A stretch of 64,000 nt of DNA from Tubiluchus corallicola (Eukaryota > Animalia > Priapulida): the NCBI GenBank assembly GCA_030141605.1, contig JAQGDQ010000233.1, positions 248,001-312,000 of the forward strand, read 5' to 3'. The notes under the pieces are model-generated. The model searched no databases, was not told where the DNA came from, and was given only the letters and a program-made list of their open reading frames with translations. The position numbers and the translations under genes are program-made. Positions 40,701 to 51,684 of this stretch are shown piece by piece (position 1 is the stretch's first letter; the number at the start of each line of letters is the position of its first letter).

Positions 40701-43557
40701 CCTGCAACAAGTTTTTAGAAGATATATATTGCAAAATATATTGTAAAAGGCAGTAACTAAAGGTACAGATCCGTATCCGGAACTGCAGCAACTAGAAATA
40801 CGGATCCGTGTCTCGAAAGCATTTACTAGAAAATACGGATTGATCCGTACGGCGAACGATATTAACAAGAAAATACGGATCGCCGTACCGCGAAAGATAT
40901 TAACGAGAAATATGGTTCACCGTCAGAGAGGGGCTATATATCACTTTCTTGTTTATCCGCAACCTCAAAATACACAACTGTAAATATCCGCATCCACTAG
41001 ATTCGCAGATTGAGTGAAATTGAATATCCTCATAGATATCCATATTATGTAATCCCTAGATAGGACACGCGGTGAATGCGCACAACACCTCGTCATATTA
41101 CAGTGAGTGAGTCATACTTTATTACTATAGCGTAAACATAGTGTTTGCCCATTTTTGGTATCAAAAAAGCGTTTACCCCCGTTTGCATACAAAAAACAAC
41201 AGGATTAGATTAAAAAAAATTTTCTTATATTATGCTGAACGTTTAGGTTTTTTCTGATATGAATATGTTTATATTATCAAATTGAATACATATGTGTCTT
41301 CCCATTGTAACAATTTTGTCTCACTAATTAGCATTGTTAGTGCACGAACATTTAATAATATAATGGATCACATAAGTTTAGGGTACTTGCTTGACGTTAG
41401 TTAATATTTCTACTGATAAACAGCTTTAAAAAGAATGTGAATATCCTATTACTGTGCATGCCCATTTTCATTTTTAATAATTATAAAATGTTTTTTACTG
41501 GAGTTCTGCTGCTTTACATGTAATTCTAAGGAAATTGCAACAACAGTGAGCTATTGTCTGCATAGTTGCAAAATTATTAGAATTTAATTATTCAGTTAGA
41601 ACATTTTTTACAAAATGCAAAATTCTAAAAGATTATTTTTGAAGTATCAAAGTGTTTTACTGCATTACTAAATGAGCATTCTACACTCACAGTGCACAAT
41701 ATTTTTTTGACAGGTCAACAGCCAAAAACTCTTCAAACAAACACTTTACGTACAGCATAATTAAACACATAATTACAGCAATAAGTGGTCCTTACATTGG
41801 GGCAATAGGCATTTGAGGCCTTCAAGTGGTCGAAATAGTTTAGTAAGGAGTTTTGTAACTGTTTTTCGGCATTAAGGATACAAAATTTAGGTTTTAATTC
41901 ACAAACAGAAATTATTGCTTTCTAATCAGTGAATTAACTAGTTTTCATGAACTAGCTCTATACATTACACATTATAAGTCACGACCAATTCAAACCTTTA
42001 ACCCCGAGGAATCTAAGAGAAAGTGAAGTTACTTGATACTTTAACTCAATATAAAGTGGATTAATGTGACAATCGAACATAATTATACTTATTGCAGCTT
42101 TCAGTTAAATGCAAACTTGTAAAATGGCCTTTTTATATTTTAATAGAAATGATGACGTATAAAACACTACAAAAATTGAATTGGAATAATTATGGCAGTA
42201 ATTGATAGTAGTACAGCTTTGATAAGCAAAATAATATAATAAGTAATTAATATGGGACCTGGCTCACATACAAAATAACAAACCAAGCAAGTAGTAGTGG
42301 CACGTTATAATGTCCATAGCATAAATTATTTGGCAACAGGTGCATGTAACAGTTCAGGTTATCACATTCACAACACTCTATAGAAAAAATACAGGCTAGT
42401 AGGTCATCATATTACAATACTCTAAGAAATTCATAACACACTAAGATTTAAACTATTGCAAACTGGCTTACTACACATCAAAATACTAAGTTTTTTGTAA
42501 AAATAAACAAAATGAAGCAAACAAACTATTAATTGGTACCTTATGCAACACACAGCACTATATCAAAGCTAACAATTTGCAAGACAATAAAAGGAGACTA
42601 ACTAATATTTACAGTGTAATTATTATATCACAAAGAAAAATGGTACCGAAGAAAAACGGTACGGCTACAGGCTGTATAATGCCATATCACCATTTTCATG
42701 ATGAAGAGCACTATGGCTTCAATTGTGTCAACACTCCCCTCTGTCACTTTGGTTACATCCTACTTGTTAGTCTCTGCCCAATCTGGGCTTCCCTGTTGTA
42801 AGCCAGCTGTAACATTACCACCTTAAGCTGATGAGTCTGATGCTATGAAACTTCTTGACTGTTTTCAATAAAATAGTTTATTTTGCTTAAATTTGTGCAG
42901 TTTGATGTTTTCTGTCAGTGATCTCACATGAAGTGGGCATGTACTTTTCAATGATGTGCAGGGCACATGGTCAAACGCCGTATGTCGTAAAAATTGTCAA
43001 AACCCGTATGTTTTGTAAATGTCACAAAAAGCACGGATCCATATTTGTTGCAAAAATAGTATTACAGAAAAGACGAGTACAGATCCGTACCTCTAGCCAC
43101 TGCCATTGTAAAAACACACAAAGAATAACATATCTAAATGCTGTCATCAATTTCAATTCATTGTAATTTCAAAAGCTATGAATTTTATGTTACTACAACT
43201 TTAATTCTTCTTTAACGTTACTAGTTGTGTGCACAAAAGCACTATGGTGAACTGTAACACTGTATATTTTACCACAACTACTGGTGGTCCAAAGTAAACA
43301 GAACTATAAAGTTACACATCAATAAAATATCATAGGCTGTTATAGCCTAAACACTAAACCAAAATCAATGGATTATTTGCACATTCACAAAGTATCACAC
43401 ACTACAATTAGTTGTTCTTACAGCAGTTTATATTTACTTCGTTAATTCAACGTTACGTTCTCCTATTATTATTGCAAAAGACGTGGTTGTGATCTAGAAT
43501 AGGCCTACTGCATACTCACCGGCGAGAACCTAAGGTAGCGTTATTTGTTCCAGCCAT
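23282..43557 (-). CDS. PTPN11: Tyrosine-protein phosphatase non-receptor type 11 (SHP2/corkscrew), 15 coding exons, 612 aa
   Basis: Exons 43557-43520, 40701-40579, 37251-37057, 36844-36682, 35093-34977, 33723-33613, 33186-33087, 32804-32725, 31353-31183, 30968-30834, 28084-27933, 25580-25513, 25027-24885, 24366-24221, 23378-23282 splice in frame (1839 nt). Two SH2 domains (WFHPHI..FLARPS; WFHG..FLVRQS), a PTP domain ([53 protein letters not shown]) and a tail with YTNI and YENV. Confidence 0.96.
24221..24366 (-). CDS. PTPN11: PTPN11 exon 14 (tail, YTNI)
   Basis: [17 protein letters not shown]...ALPPAPSTP. Confidence 0.9.
24885..25027 (-). CDS. PTPN11: PTPN11 exon 13 (Q-loop)
   Basis: [31 protein letters not shown]. 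Confidence 0.96.
25513..25580 (-). CDS. PTPN11: PTPN11 exon 12 (P-loop)
   Basis: [23 protein letters not shown]. Confidence 0.96.
25792..26238. mobile_element. Tigger-like MITE
   Basis: TA|cagtaaactcc ... ggagtttactg|TA. Confidence 0.8.
26475..27333. mobile_element. Tigger-like MITE with perfect 20-bp TIRs
   Basis: TA|cagtctagcctcgttatctc ... gagataacgaggctagactg|TA. Confidence 0.9.
27933..28084 (-). CDS. PTPN11: PTPN11 exon 11 (WPD loop, catalytic HC)
   Basis: [17 protein letters not shown]...AGPIIVHC. Confidence 0.96.
29200..30245 (+). pseudogene. Decayed Chapaev3-type (CMC superfamily) transposase in PTPN11 intron 10
   Basis: Frameshifted motifs [94 protein letters not shown]; stops and an internal deletion. 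Family assignment is from recalled motifs. Confidence 0.8.
30834..30968 (-). CDS. PTPN11: PTPN11 exon 10
   Basis: NKCARYWPD...[14 protein letters not shown]. Confidence 0.93.
31183..31353 (-). CDS. PTPN11: PTPN11 exon 9
   Basis: [38 protein letters not shown]. Confidence 0.95.
32725..32804 (-). CDS. PTPN11: PTPN11 exon 8
   Basis: [26 protein letters not shown]. Confidence 0.95.
33087..33186 (-). CDS. PTPN11: PTPN11 exon 7
   Basis: [33 protein letters not shown]. Confidence 0.95.
33613..33723 (-). CDS. PTPN11: PTPN11 exon 6
   Basis: [19 protein letters not shown]...GFWEEYE. Confidence 0.95.
34977..35093 (-). CDS. PTPN11: PTPN11 exon 5 (C-SH2)
   Basis: [39 protein letters not shown]. Confidence 0.95.
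35360..36040. repeat. Old diverged tandem duplication (~300-360 bp x2)
   Basis: Anchors cgctaggcaca, gataacattg, cacacttcactaactaag, gaacattttaa and gaattttcttttc each occur twice in the same order. Confidence 0.7.
36682..36844 (-). CDS. PTPN11: PTPN11 exon 4 (C-SH2)
   Basis: [12 protein letters not shown]...[18 protein letters not shown]...IRCQ. Confidence 0.95.
37057..37251 (-). CDS. PTPN11: PTPN11 exon 3 (N-SH2)
   Basis: [31 protein letters not shown]...LKYPLNC; 195 nt. Confidence 0.96.
37590..37772. repeat. (TA)n/(CA)n microsatellite
   Basis: Direct reading. Confidence 0.95.
39830..40418. mobile_element. Second, inverted and diverged copy of the 6923-7541 MITE family
   Basis: Shares aataaacaaggacaacggacg (reverse complement in the first copy) and the cccatgtac/ctacttgg subterminal repeats. 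Confidence 0.75.
40579..40701 (-). CDS. PTPN11: PTPN11 exon 2 (N-SH2)
   Basis: [40 protein letters not shown]; 123 nt. Confidence 0.96.
40749..43104. mobile_element. MULE/Mutator-like non-autonomous DNA transposon, 2.36 kb
   Basis: ~27-bp imperfect TIR ggcagtaactaaaggtacagatccgta / ggcagtggctagaggtacggatctgta; perfect 9-bp TSD attgtaaaa at 40740-40748 and 43105-43113; subterminal tacggat repeats. Confidence 0.85.
43520..43557 (-). CDS. PTPN11: PTPN11 exon 1 ([13 protein letters not shown])
   Basis: ATG at 43557, donor CG|gtgagt, phase 2; SRR|WFHP junction as in SHP2. Confidence 0.85.
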
Positions 43558-43659
43558 TTGTGCAACATTTATGATGTGCTATACCCCGTAGGATAAACTA
43601 GTTAAACTCAATGCTTGACAAAAAATAAAATGATTTTACGGTACAGCGTAAACCGCCTA

Positions 43660-43745
43660 ACAAAAAGTTCCGCCATTAACTGTATGATGCTCATGGACCC
43701 GTGCCCCGTGGTAAGTGAGCGAGTCGGCTAGCAGAGCCCTCGTGT
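43660..43745 (-). promoter_or_regulatory. Probable PTPN11 core promoter region
   Basis: Local CpG enrichment ~100-190 bp upstream of the ATG, with a YY1-like AATGGCGG on the - strand (ccgccatt at ~43670). Confidence 0.35.
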
Positions 43746-43789
43746 GACTGGAAAGGCAAACACATAACAAAATTCAAGTGTCATAAAAA

Positions 43790-44500
43790 TTGTGGTGTAT
43801 AATCATCACCTTCTGCCTTCAAAGTTAGAGATGCTCCACTGAGGTATTTTGTACGAAATCCATCCATGTAAGTAATCTACTTCCCTTGGCTTCTTTGATG
43901 GTTGAATCATTTCACTAAAAGCTTTAAATGTCTTCTGCGTTGACCCACCCAGTTAAGTCTTCTGCGTTTTATTATCCTGGTCCAATTTTTTTCTTGATTT
44001 TGTCATACAAATCTTTGTTACTTATAACTATTGGCCATTTTATTTGCAATAACGATCTGTATAAGCGCCGTGAAAGGCATCAATCTACAGCTGCTTATTT
44101 TCACTCAATGTCCACAATTCCGAATTGTATAGAAATATGGAAAACACTTTTTTATGCAAGTGTTGAAGATCCTAAGTTTCCAGCTTAGTCTAGTGTTCTT
44201 GCATGTTATTGGAGATATTTTTGAGCAAGCAGCCAGTGCCAGTATTCCCCTTCGTTTGATATCAAAGGTATTTACATTTCCTCAAGGATTAATCACTTTT
44301 GTGTTTATTGTTTAATGTGCAACCTCTCAGTTTTGCTTTCATTCACTCTTAAGTTCATTTCTTTAAGCTTTATTGGCAAGGTCTCAATTTTTTCTTTTGT
44401 CTTTGCCAAAAAACAAATATTGTATGTCAATGATGGCAGAGGGTTGTTTATGATGTTGCAGATGGATTGGTTCCTTGTAGAATTGATGTAAAGCAACACA
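43790..44500 (-). mobile_element. Decayed RTE-clade LINE RT/C-terminal fragment
   Basis: ICFLAKTKEKIETLPIKLKEMNLRVNESKTE (late RT blocks) and IKWPIVISNKDLYDK; same family as 5940-6222. Confidence 0.75.
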
Positions 44501-44835
44501 CCAGTAGAAATTAAATAAAATGGGACTTTCCAAGATTTTTTTCTAGTGATTTTAACAAAGTCTTTCTGTTAACCAGAATCAAAGTTTTTGAACATGTGCA
44601 GTAAAAGTATATGAATAGAATAGTCAGGAGATGCAATAAATTTTCAGCTAGAATTTTGTAAGTTTGTTTGTATCTTAACGGTTGATAAGCAGCTAGATTT
44701 GTGCCAATGTGCGTATGTATGCCAGATATGCGGTCAAATTTTGATGTTTTCAAATCTCACATTTAGTGTAAATTTTTAATGATAGATGCCGCGGCTGTGC
44801 TTTGCTCACATGTAGTAGGAATGTGTAATAACTGA

Positions 44836-45481
44836 ACTTGCATACCAAAACCGCCCGTATGTCGGCATAATTAAAACTACGTTATGATGATTCTGCATCA
44901 AAATTTTGGTCTAATGTCAATTTTTCGTTTTTTATATAAAAACAAACGCTAAATATATTGGACTTTTATATTCTAACATCAAATTGTCAAGAAAATGTCC
45001 AGAAAATAATAAAAATTTAATTATATAGCCCCGTCCCCATTTCTCTGCCTAGAAACTGGTACTGCAATTGCAAGAAACTTGTGTTTCCAAACTCCGATAG
45101 TAGCTCGTGGAAGCAGTCATTTTGCTTCGGGTTTTTTCTGTTGACAAGCCCAAATCTTCATCAGGAAGAGCCATCTACTGGATTTAAATATAAGTTCAAT
45201 GTGCTCTTACAAAGTTCATAGCAACCACAATTTCGTACGGTTGCTAAGTGTTTTGTAGAGACGCGACAAAAAACAATGACTGACTTTAACAGCGATTTTC
45301 TCAAGATTACGTTTTTCACTGCAGAGACTGCACCTCTACTTCAACGTGGATTATCTGAGCTAGAAATAACATAGAGCGATGAGCTTGGTATCAAAATGAT
45401 CCTCATGAAATGGAGATTCAGGATATGTGATTAACCAGGAAACGTTAATTGCCGACTTATGGGCGATTTTGCTATGCAAGT
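44836..45481. mobile_element. Non-autonomous DNA transposon with ~31-bp imperfect TIRs
   Basis: acttgcataccaaaaccgcccgtatgtcggca ... tgccgacttatgggcgattttgctatgcaagt. Confidence 0.7.
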
Positions 45482-46039
45482 ATAAAATCGTATTCCGGCT
45501 GCAGTTCAATTCAGTTTATTGCACGAATATTACATACAAGTACATTGGCAAACTAACAAAAATAAGACAATAAATGTATAAAAGGCATTATACAACAAAA
45601 AACAGCTGTACTGTGACAAAAATAAAAAGCCCTTCAAATAAAACGTTTCAGTAAAACTTAGAGGTTTTTTTTATAAACCATTAATTAAATTTGCTAGGGG
45701 TAGTTGGAGTAAATACTTGACTGATTGGATTTCTAATCGCAGTCTAGTCGGCGAGTTGTTATTTTTAACAATCAACCTTTGAGTATTAAACGTGTGTCAA
45801 GCAGTCAACTGAAACAAAATTCAGTGATACGCGAAACACAAAATAGCACTACAGTATTCTCAATATAGTTGAATTATAATTATTATTTGGGGCTAACGCT
45901 GTAAGTGTTTGCTAGGTGAGATTTGGTCTGATCTCTAAACTTCGAGTTTGTCACATAGTATTCAATGGATTATAAAGGCAGAAATGACCTTTGTAGCATT
46001 TGATCTCAGAAATGAGAATTTTCGTGTTTTTTTAAACAT

Positions 46040-46510
46040 TCACATGTTGAGCATGTTATTTCTCAGGCCAATAGGGGGCATTGGAATGATAAAACGCTGC
46101 ATTTCATCACGTAGTGCAAAAGTTATTGTACCCTTTATAAAGCTGTAGTTAGGCCAATATCACCACAGTATGTTACTCTTAAAAACGCTTTAGAAAAAAC
46201 TCAATGGAGATGTATTAGTCTGGCGTCTGATATTCAACCTGACACTGTATCTTCTCTTGAACAACGCCATGATACTATAGATCTTATTAACTGTTATAAA
46301 GTCATTAGTGGTAGTTCTATTTTGCGTAGTGACAAATTTTTTTCTAGACCACTATGTTATTTACGTGGACACAATTCTAAATTATTTGTGCAATACTCTC
46401 GCGCTAATACCAGAGCTAATTTCTTCTCTTCTCACGTTGTAGGCCCTTGGAATTCGACTTAATAGTGAAACAGTTGATGCATCAAATCTGCCGCATTTTC
46501 GCAAATTGAT
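46040..46510 (+). mobile_element. CR1 LINE ORF2 3' fragment
   Basis: DLINCYKVISG...LRGHNSKLFVQYSRANTRANFFS..VVGPWNS, the CR1 C-terminal motif. Confidence 0.8.
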
Positions 46511-49205
46511 GAGGAGACCGTCAATAACCAGGTTGTGGTAGGTTTCTTAGACTTCGCAAGCAAATAACATACACAATTACACATAGATGTTACTAGAATT
46601 ACGTGCTCCAACTGGCAATTTCAAACAGCTTTGAAGTGATTTCCAATCTTTCTATCTAAATTTCAGTTCAGTTCAATATGTTTGAAAGCCTATTAATAGT
46701 ATGCCTTACAGATTCATTTTAAACTCTTCGTTTAGTACTAATTTTAGCTTTTTAATAAAGCTTTAACATAATAGCTTTTTATTTAGTAGTTTTTTTATTA
46801 CCGAACATGGCAAATTTCTAGATTGCAAACAGTACTGCTGAAAAAATAATGCAGTAAATCAAATGAGACAAATAATTTTTTTGCAAACATGCAAATCATT
46901 TTTAATTCAACCTTTTGGACATTGCTTGAGTGGTTTGTCCCCAAAAAGTGGTCGAGACCACCACAATGACATAGATGCGATGTGTGCAAAAACATCTTGT
47001 CTATGACGAATAATCTATTGAAATTTTATTTTGCACAACCGGTTACAATATACAATCTCAACAAAATACTGCACTCATATAAACATGTAATTATAAGACC
47101 AGTACTATTTGTGAATCAAATATTTATTCAATTCAAGGGTTTGATTTCACAGTCGCATATAATACATTTAAATTACGTAGATGGATATTATGTTATGTGT
47201 AAACAAGAACACGTATTACACACCAAACATCGCAAAATATCTCTGTACTATTTTGAAATCATGGGAAATATTCAGTCTTATTACGTGCGTGTACAACAGA
47301 GTGAAAAAATACTGAATTTGAATAAAAAAATCAATATACAACGATTCTATCATATGATTACTCTGTGTAAGAGAACCTGAAACGAAAATAAAATAAGTGC
47401 TAGCTTAATTAGCTAGAATACCACATTCTCTAGAACTAGACATTATCCACTTCGTTTTTTAACATGATTACAAAATATGACATTCCAACGTTATGGATGA
47501 TATTCAAGTGCCAGCATTATCTTCACTTAATTTAAATTTTATGAAGACGATGATGATAACGATAATGATGAATAATTATCATGATGATGATGATGGTGAT
47601 AATGAAATTGGAATAGGCCTATCTTGGAGTATGTTACATGAATCGGCAAAACTACACTACATAATTTTTTATATTGGTTAATGCACCACTAGCTGTTAAT
47701 AGCTAACTACGTGCACCAGCTTAATACTACAAGTATGAATATCGTCGTAGCACTAATAAATATTAAATTTTTTGGGGTTATACATAAACACAGTTTATTA
47801 CATAGGAAAGGTAATATGTAAAAGCTAGGTTTGGCTACTTTAGACCTACTGCACATAGATTCATGATCAGCATTCCTCACATCAGCCGTCTTTTCGTTCA
47901 TGCAAGAGAAAGAATATAACTAACATAGCTATTAGATCTTAACAAGTATTTTCAACAAAGTAGGCCTAGTGACTATGAGCTAGCGTACTTATTTACTTAT
48001 TTTACAAGCACACTGAGATGCATGCCTAACTTGCGGCAGCAAATGAAATTAGCTCTAGATTCAGCTAAATTGCGGACTTGATAAACAATAATTAATATCT
48101 ATTTATAAGCCAACATACATTGTGGTAAGGATTTTGATTCAAACAAGAGCACATCATCACAGCTAGGGCATAAAGCAATGTTGCGCGTGTGGATGTGAAA
48201 CTTCACTAGCTGTAAAGATGGCAGTAGTTTTAGAAGGTGTGTTAAGTTAAATAAAAGATAATTTCATACAACTTTCAAAATGTACTACCTTTCAAAGCAT
48301 TGGACTGCATTATATAGCTTTCAATATAGTGGACTGCTATCTACAAAACATCTTAGCATAGGTTTACTGATCTAGCACATTCTGACTTTGGTGCTATCAA
48401 TTTTTACAAGTCTTTTACAGGAGACAATAATACATGTACAAGTATCCCAAAGTTCCATTATGATCTAGCAAAAATTACATTGTTGGACACCTGACAACAT
48501 TTACACGAGCACATACTACGTAGGATAGCTTACAACGGTAACTATTATAAACAGAAAAATGGCAGTCTTCGACTTGGACAGTTAGTCTTAATTAGTAAAT
48601 GTTTTTAAAGCAGATGTATAAGTATGAAAAGGCAGTGTGTAGCCTAGCATATAATTTTGAATAAAAATTAGGTAGTGTCGTAGTGACATGTAAATTGCTA
48701 TTACAACAGTATATCGACATAGTATAATTCATAATTATGGCATACGCGCATATTTATTACTCCACAAAAACATTTACAATGAAAAAACAAATAGTTAATT
48801 CTGTCATTATCAATAACAGATATCTGAAGCTAAAGAATATTATTGTTAATTTGCTGTAAAATGTTCTTAATGTAAAAAAATTATGCTAGCCCTATTGTTT
48901 AAACCATGTCAGTGCATAAGCTTCACTTTTTATTTTTTACGATACCCAAGAATGACACCAAACTGGAGATACAAGACAATATTATTTGCCTCATGATGTA
49001 TTTTTCTTCGTATTTAAAAATAGGTATGTTTCTTCAATAATTTGCTAGGTACGTTTCTGTCATTTCATGATTCTACCCATTGATATCCCATTCATCATTA
49101 CTAGCAAGCGTAATGTTCCTTGTCGTACCAAAATACTACAACCATGACAAAAATGCTTTGAAAAAGAACAATATTTTTAAAAATTGTACAGCTTTTGGCT
49201 AACAT

Positions 49206-49319
49206 TTACAATTTCCCACATACAAGAAATTAGTTCAAGAAGTGGATTAGGGTTAGTGCGGGTTAGGGTCAGGATAAGGGTTAGGGTTATGGTACTTAGA
49301 TGGTGTGGGGAATTGTAAA
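49206..49319. mobile_element. Small MITE with internal degenerate TTAGGG repeats
   Basis: tttacaatttcccaca ... tgtggggaattgtaaa inverted ends around a (TTAGGG)-like tract at 49247-49290. Confidence 0.55.
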
Positions 49320-51396
49320 CTCCTTCCCACTTTTAAATCTCAAGCTAAACTAGCCCACATTAAATGTGTTATGGTGCCTTGTTGCTCCAACTTTTTTATA
49401 TGCAGTGAGCTCCCTTTGAAAGCAATCGTCAATGGCCTCAAAATATAACAGATGCACACAAAGCTACCAAAAGCAGCAAACCACTGATGTGGGGTGGTAT
49501 TTTAACATGTGCAGTTGCACGGCGCTACAGACAGTCATCGTGTATGATAAAATTGCATTTTCAGGGAGCTTTTATGCTAATACTACAACTTATAATTATA
49601 AGGCTCTAATTAGTTTATTGCCTTGTGCCATAGTAATAAATGAAGAGTGTGTGAATTAGAAAAACTAAGACATAAAAGTGGTATTTAAAACTATAACTCT
49701 AAAAATAGCATGAATTTTTATAACACTTTAAAGACAAGAAGACGTTCATTTGGAAAATAGACGTCGTCTGATGAGCCAAGTGACACCGATAGGCAGTCAC
49801 AGGGGTAAAAATCCCATATTCACATGCAATTATAGCAGACAAAAATGCTGTGTTACTGGCAAAAACTTGCACAAATATCAGAAAAATATACATTAATTCA
49901 ATATGATACCACTATTAAGTTTTTACTAACCATTTTTTTATAATAAAGACAATTCAATTTGTCTTTATTATAACTACGTAAGCATGTTCATTTAATGTAA
50001 AGTAATTAAGATGACAAGCATCAGATTGTAATACCAAAAAAAAAACTATTTCTGACAAACTAGCAAAGTAGACAATATCTGAAATGTAATTTACTGTGAC
50101 TTTTTGAAATCTATGACTTACTACATATATGTCTATAAATACTACACATAATTACAAACGTTTGTCATTACAATTAATGTGAGCATACTTCATGTATGCT
50201 CGTCTAATGAATCAACAGTTCTCTAGCTAACAATAAAACCGGGAAAGTACTGTCACAGACAAGTTAACAACAAAGAAATAAATTTCAAACAACAAACAAA
50301 ACAACAATAAATCTAATAAAAGGTAAAAACTAGGATTAATATAATTATATGTTATAATTTTACAAGAATGAAGCAACCTAAAGTTCTGTATGTGCATTTC
50401 ACATTTATGCAACACTTGAGAAAGTACATTCCTGTAAAACAGTGTGATAGTACACAGAAAGATGGACTATTGTACAAGAAATATAGTTATATATATGTTA
50501 CCCGTATGCAAAAATACTAATATACAATGACAAATGTACAGTTTGCTATTGACTACAACATATTTACAAGAAATATAGTACCTAAGCAAATTAGCTCATT
50601 CTACTGAAAGTTATAAATACATAAAGAATATTTCAAGCCAAATTTACAGCTAATATACACAAATTGGTAAATGGTTTGTAAAACAATGTACAAATAACGT
50701 GAAACTCTCAAAGAACACTCATTTCACAGAACAGTATATTGTTCTGGTCTCAGTGAACTAATTTCTACTATCTATTTAAGCCTACTGAATACTTTTATAG
50801 AACAGTAAACAAGTATGATCCACCATTGCCAGACACACATTATTTATTTACAGTGAAGAAACATTGTGTCATCATACACAATGTTCTGTACAACAAATGT
50901 AATATTTTTGGTATACATATAAAAGGATAGACAATGTATCCATTATGTCACGGGTATTCACAAGAATGTATGAACAAAAATAGTACAAACACTGAAAATA
51001 TTAGTACAAACATCATAATCTCAAATCTACAGACTGCTTCCTGTACCTATTCAATTTTACTGTTTACAAAGAAGCAAGAACAACATGCAAGATTTCGGCT
51101 AAGCGATAAAATAAACCTCTAATAAACAAGTAGCAACAATTGCTTTAGGTGGCTTAAATAACCACATTCTTTGACATAATTCAGCTGACTTAACCTCTAT
51201 GTTTAACTGCCACATTGTAACAAGCATTTCATTGAAAAAGCACATTCTAAAAGCTACTTTACATCAGATCTGGATAATGCTATCTATAATTCATTGAACT
51301 AGTGATGAGCATGTATAATGTCATGCACGACAACCCAGAAACTGCAAAATGACGAAGTTGAAAACAACTTTATTAATTTTCCTAGGGTTCGATAGG

Positions 51397-51684
51397 CTAA
51401 GTGACGACGAGATGAAATGGTGAGGACAGACCGTTGCACCTACTCAGCTTTCTGATCTTCTTTCTGAGTTCCGCAACTTCGGACCGTGTTTCTTGCAGCC
51501 TGCCTTCCAGCTCTTGATTCTTCATTCTTAACTGGCAGTTTTCTTCTTTTAGATTTAGGTAACTGCTATATACATCACGTGATTTCATGCCATTTTGACA
51601 GTGCAATAAATCACGTTCAGTAATTGAAACATCATCTAGGCCTACTGGCAAATGACCATTCTGCTTTTCCAATGCAATTAGTGC
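51397..51684 (-). CDS. SKI: SKI-family last coding exon, coiled coil
   Basis: ttttttag acceptor; heptad-like LKEENCQLRMKNQELEGRLQETRSEVAELRKKIRKL; TAG. Confidence 0.82.
   Translation of the reverse strand, partial: ALIALEKQNGHLPVGLDDVSITERDLLHCQNGMKSRDVYSSYLNLKEENCQLRMKNQELEGRLQETRSEVAELRKKIRKLSRCNGLSSPFHLVVT

Noticed and set aside
46982-47380. 132-aa plus-strand ORF
   Set aside because: Starts at GTG, has AT-rich random-like composition, no motifs or splice context, and probably lies opposite the SKI 3' UTR region
49247-49290. Interstitial telomere or chromosome-fusion site
   Set aside because: Only a few degenerate TTAGGG units, enclosed by inverted ends typical of a small MITE
49765-49810. 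Hammerhead ribozyme (CTGATGAG followed by a hairpin)
   Set aside because: No correctly placed GAAA or stem III
51397-51672. bZIP transcription factor suggested by the leucine heptads
   Set aside because: No basic region with the N-x7-R signature precedes the heptads; the upstream SAFRPW exon points to a Ski-family coiled coil
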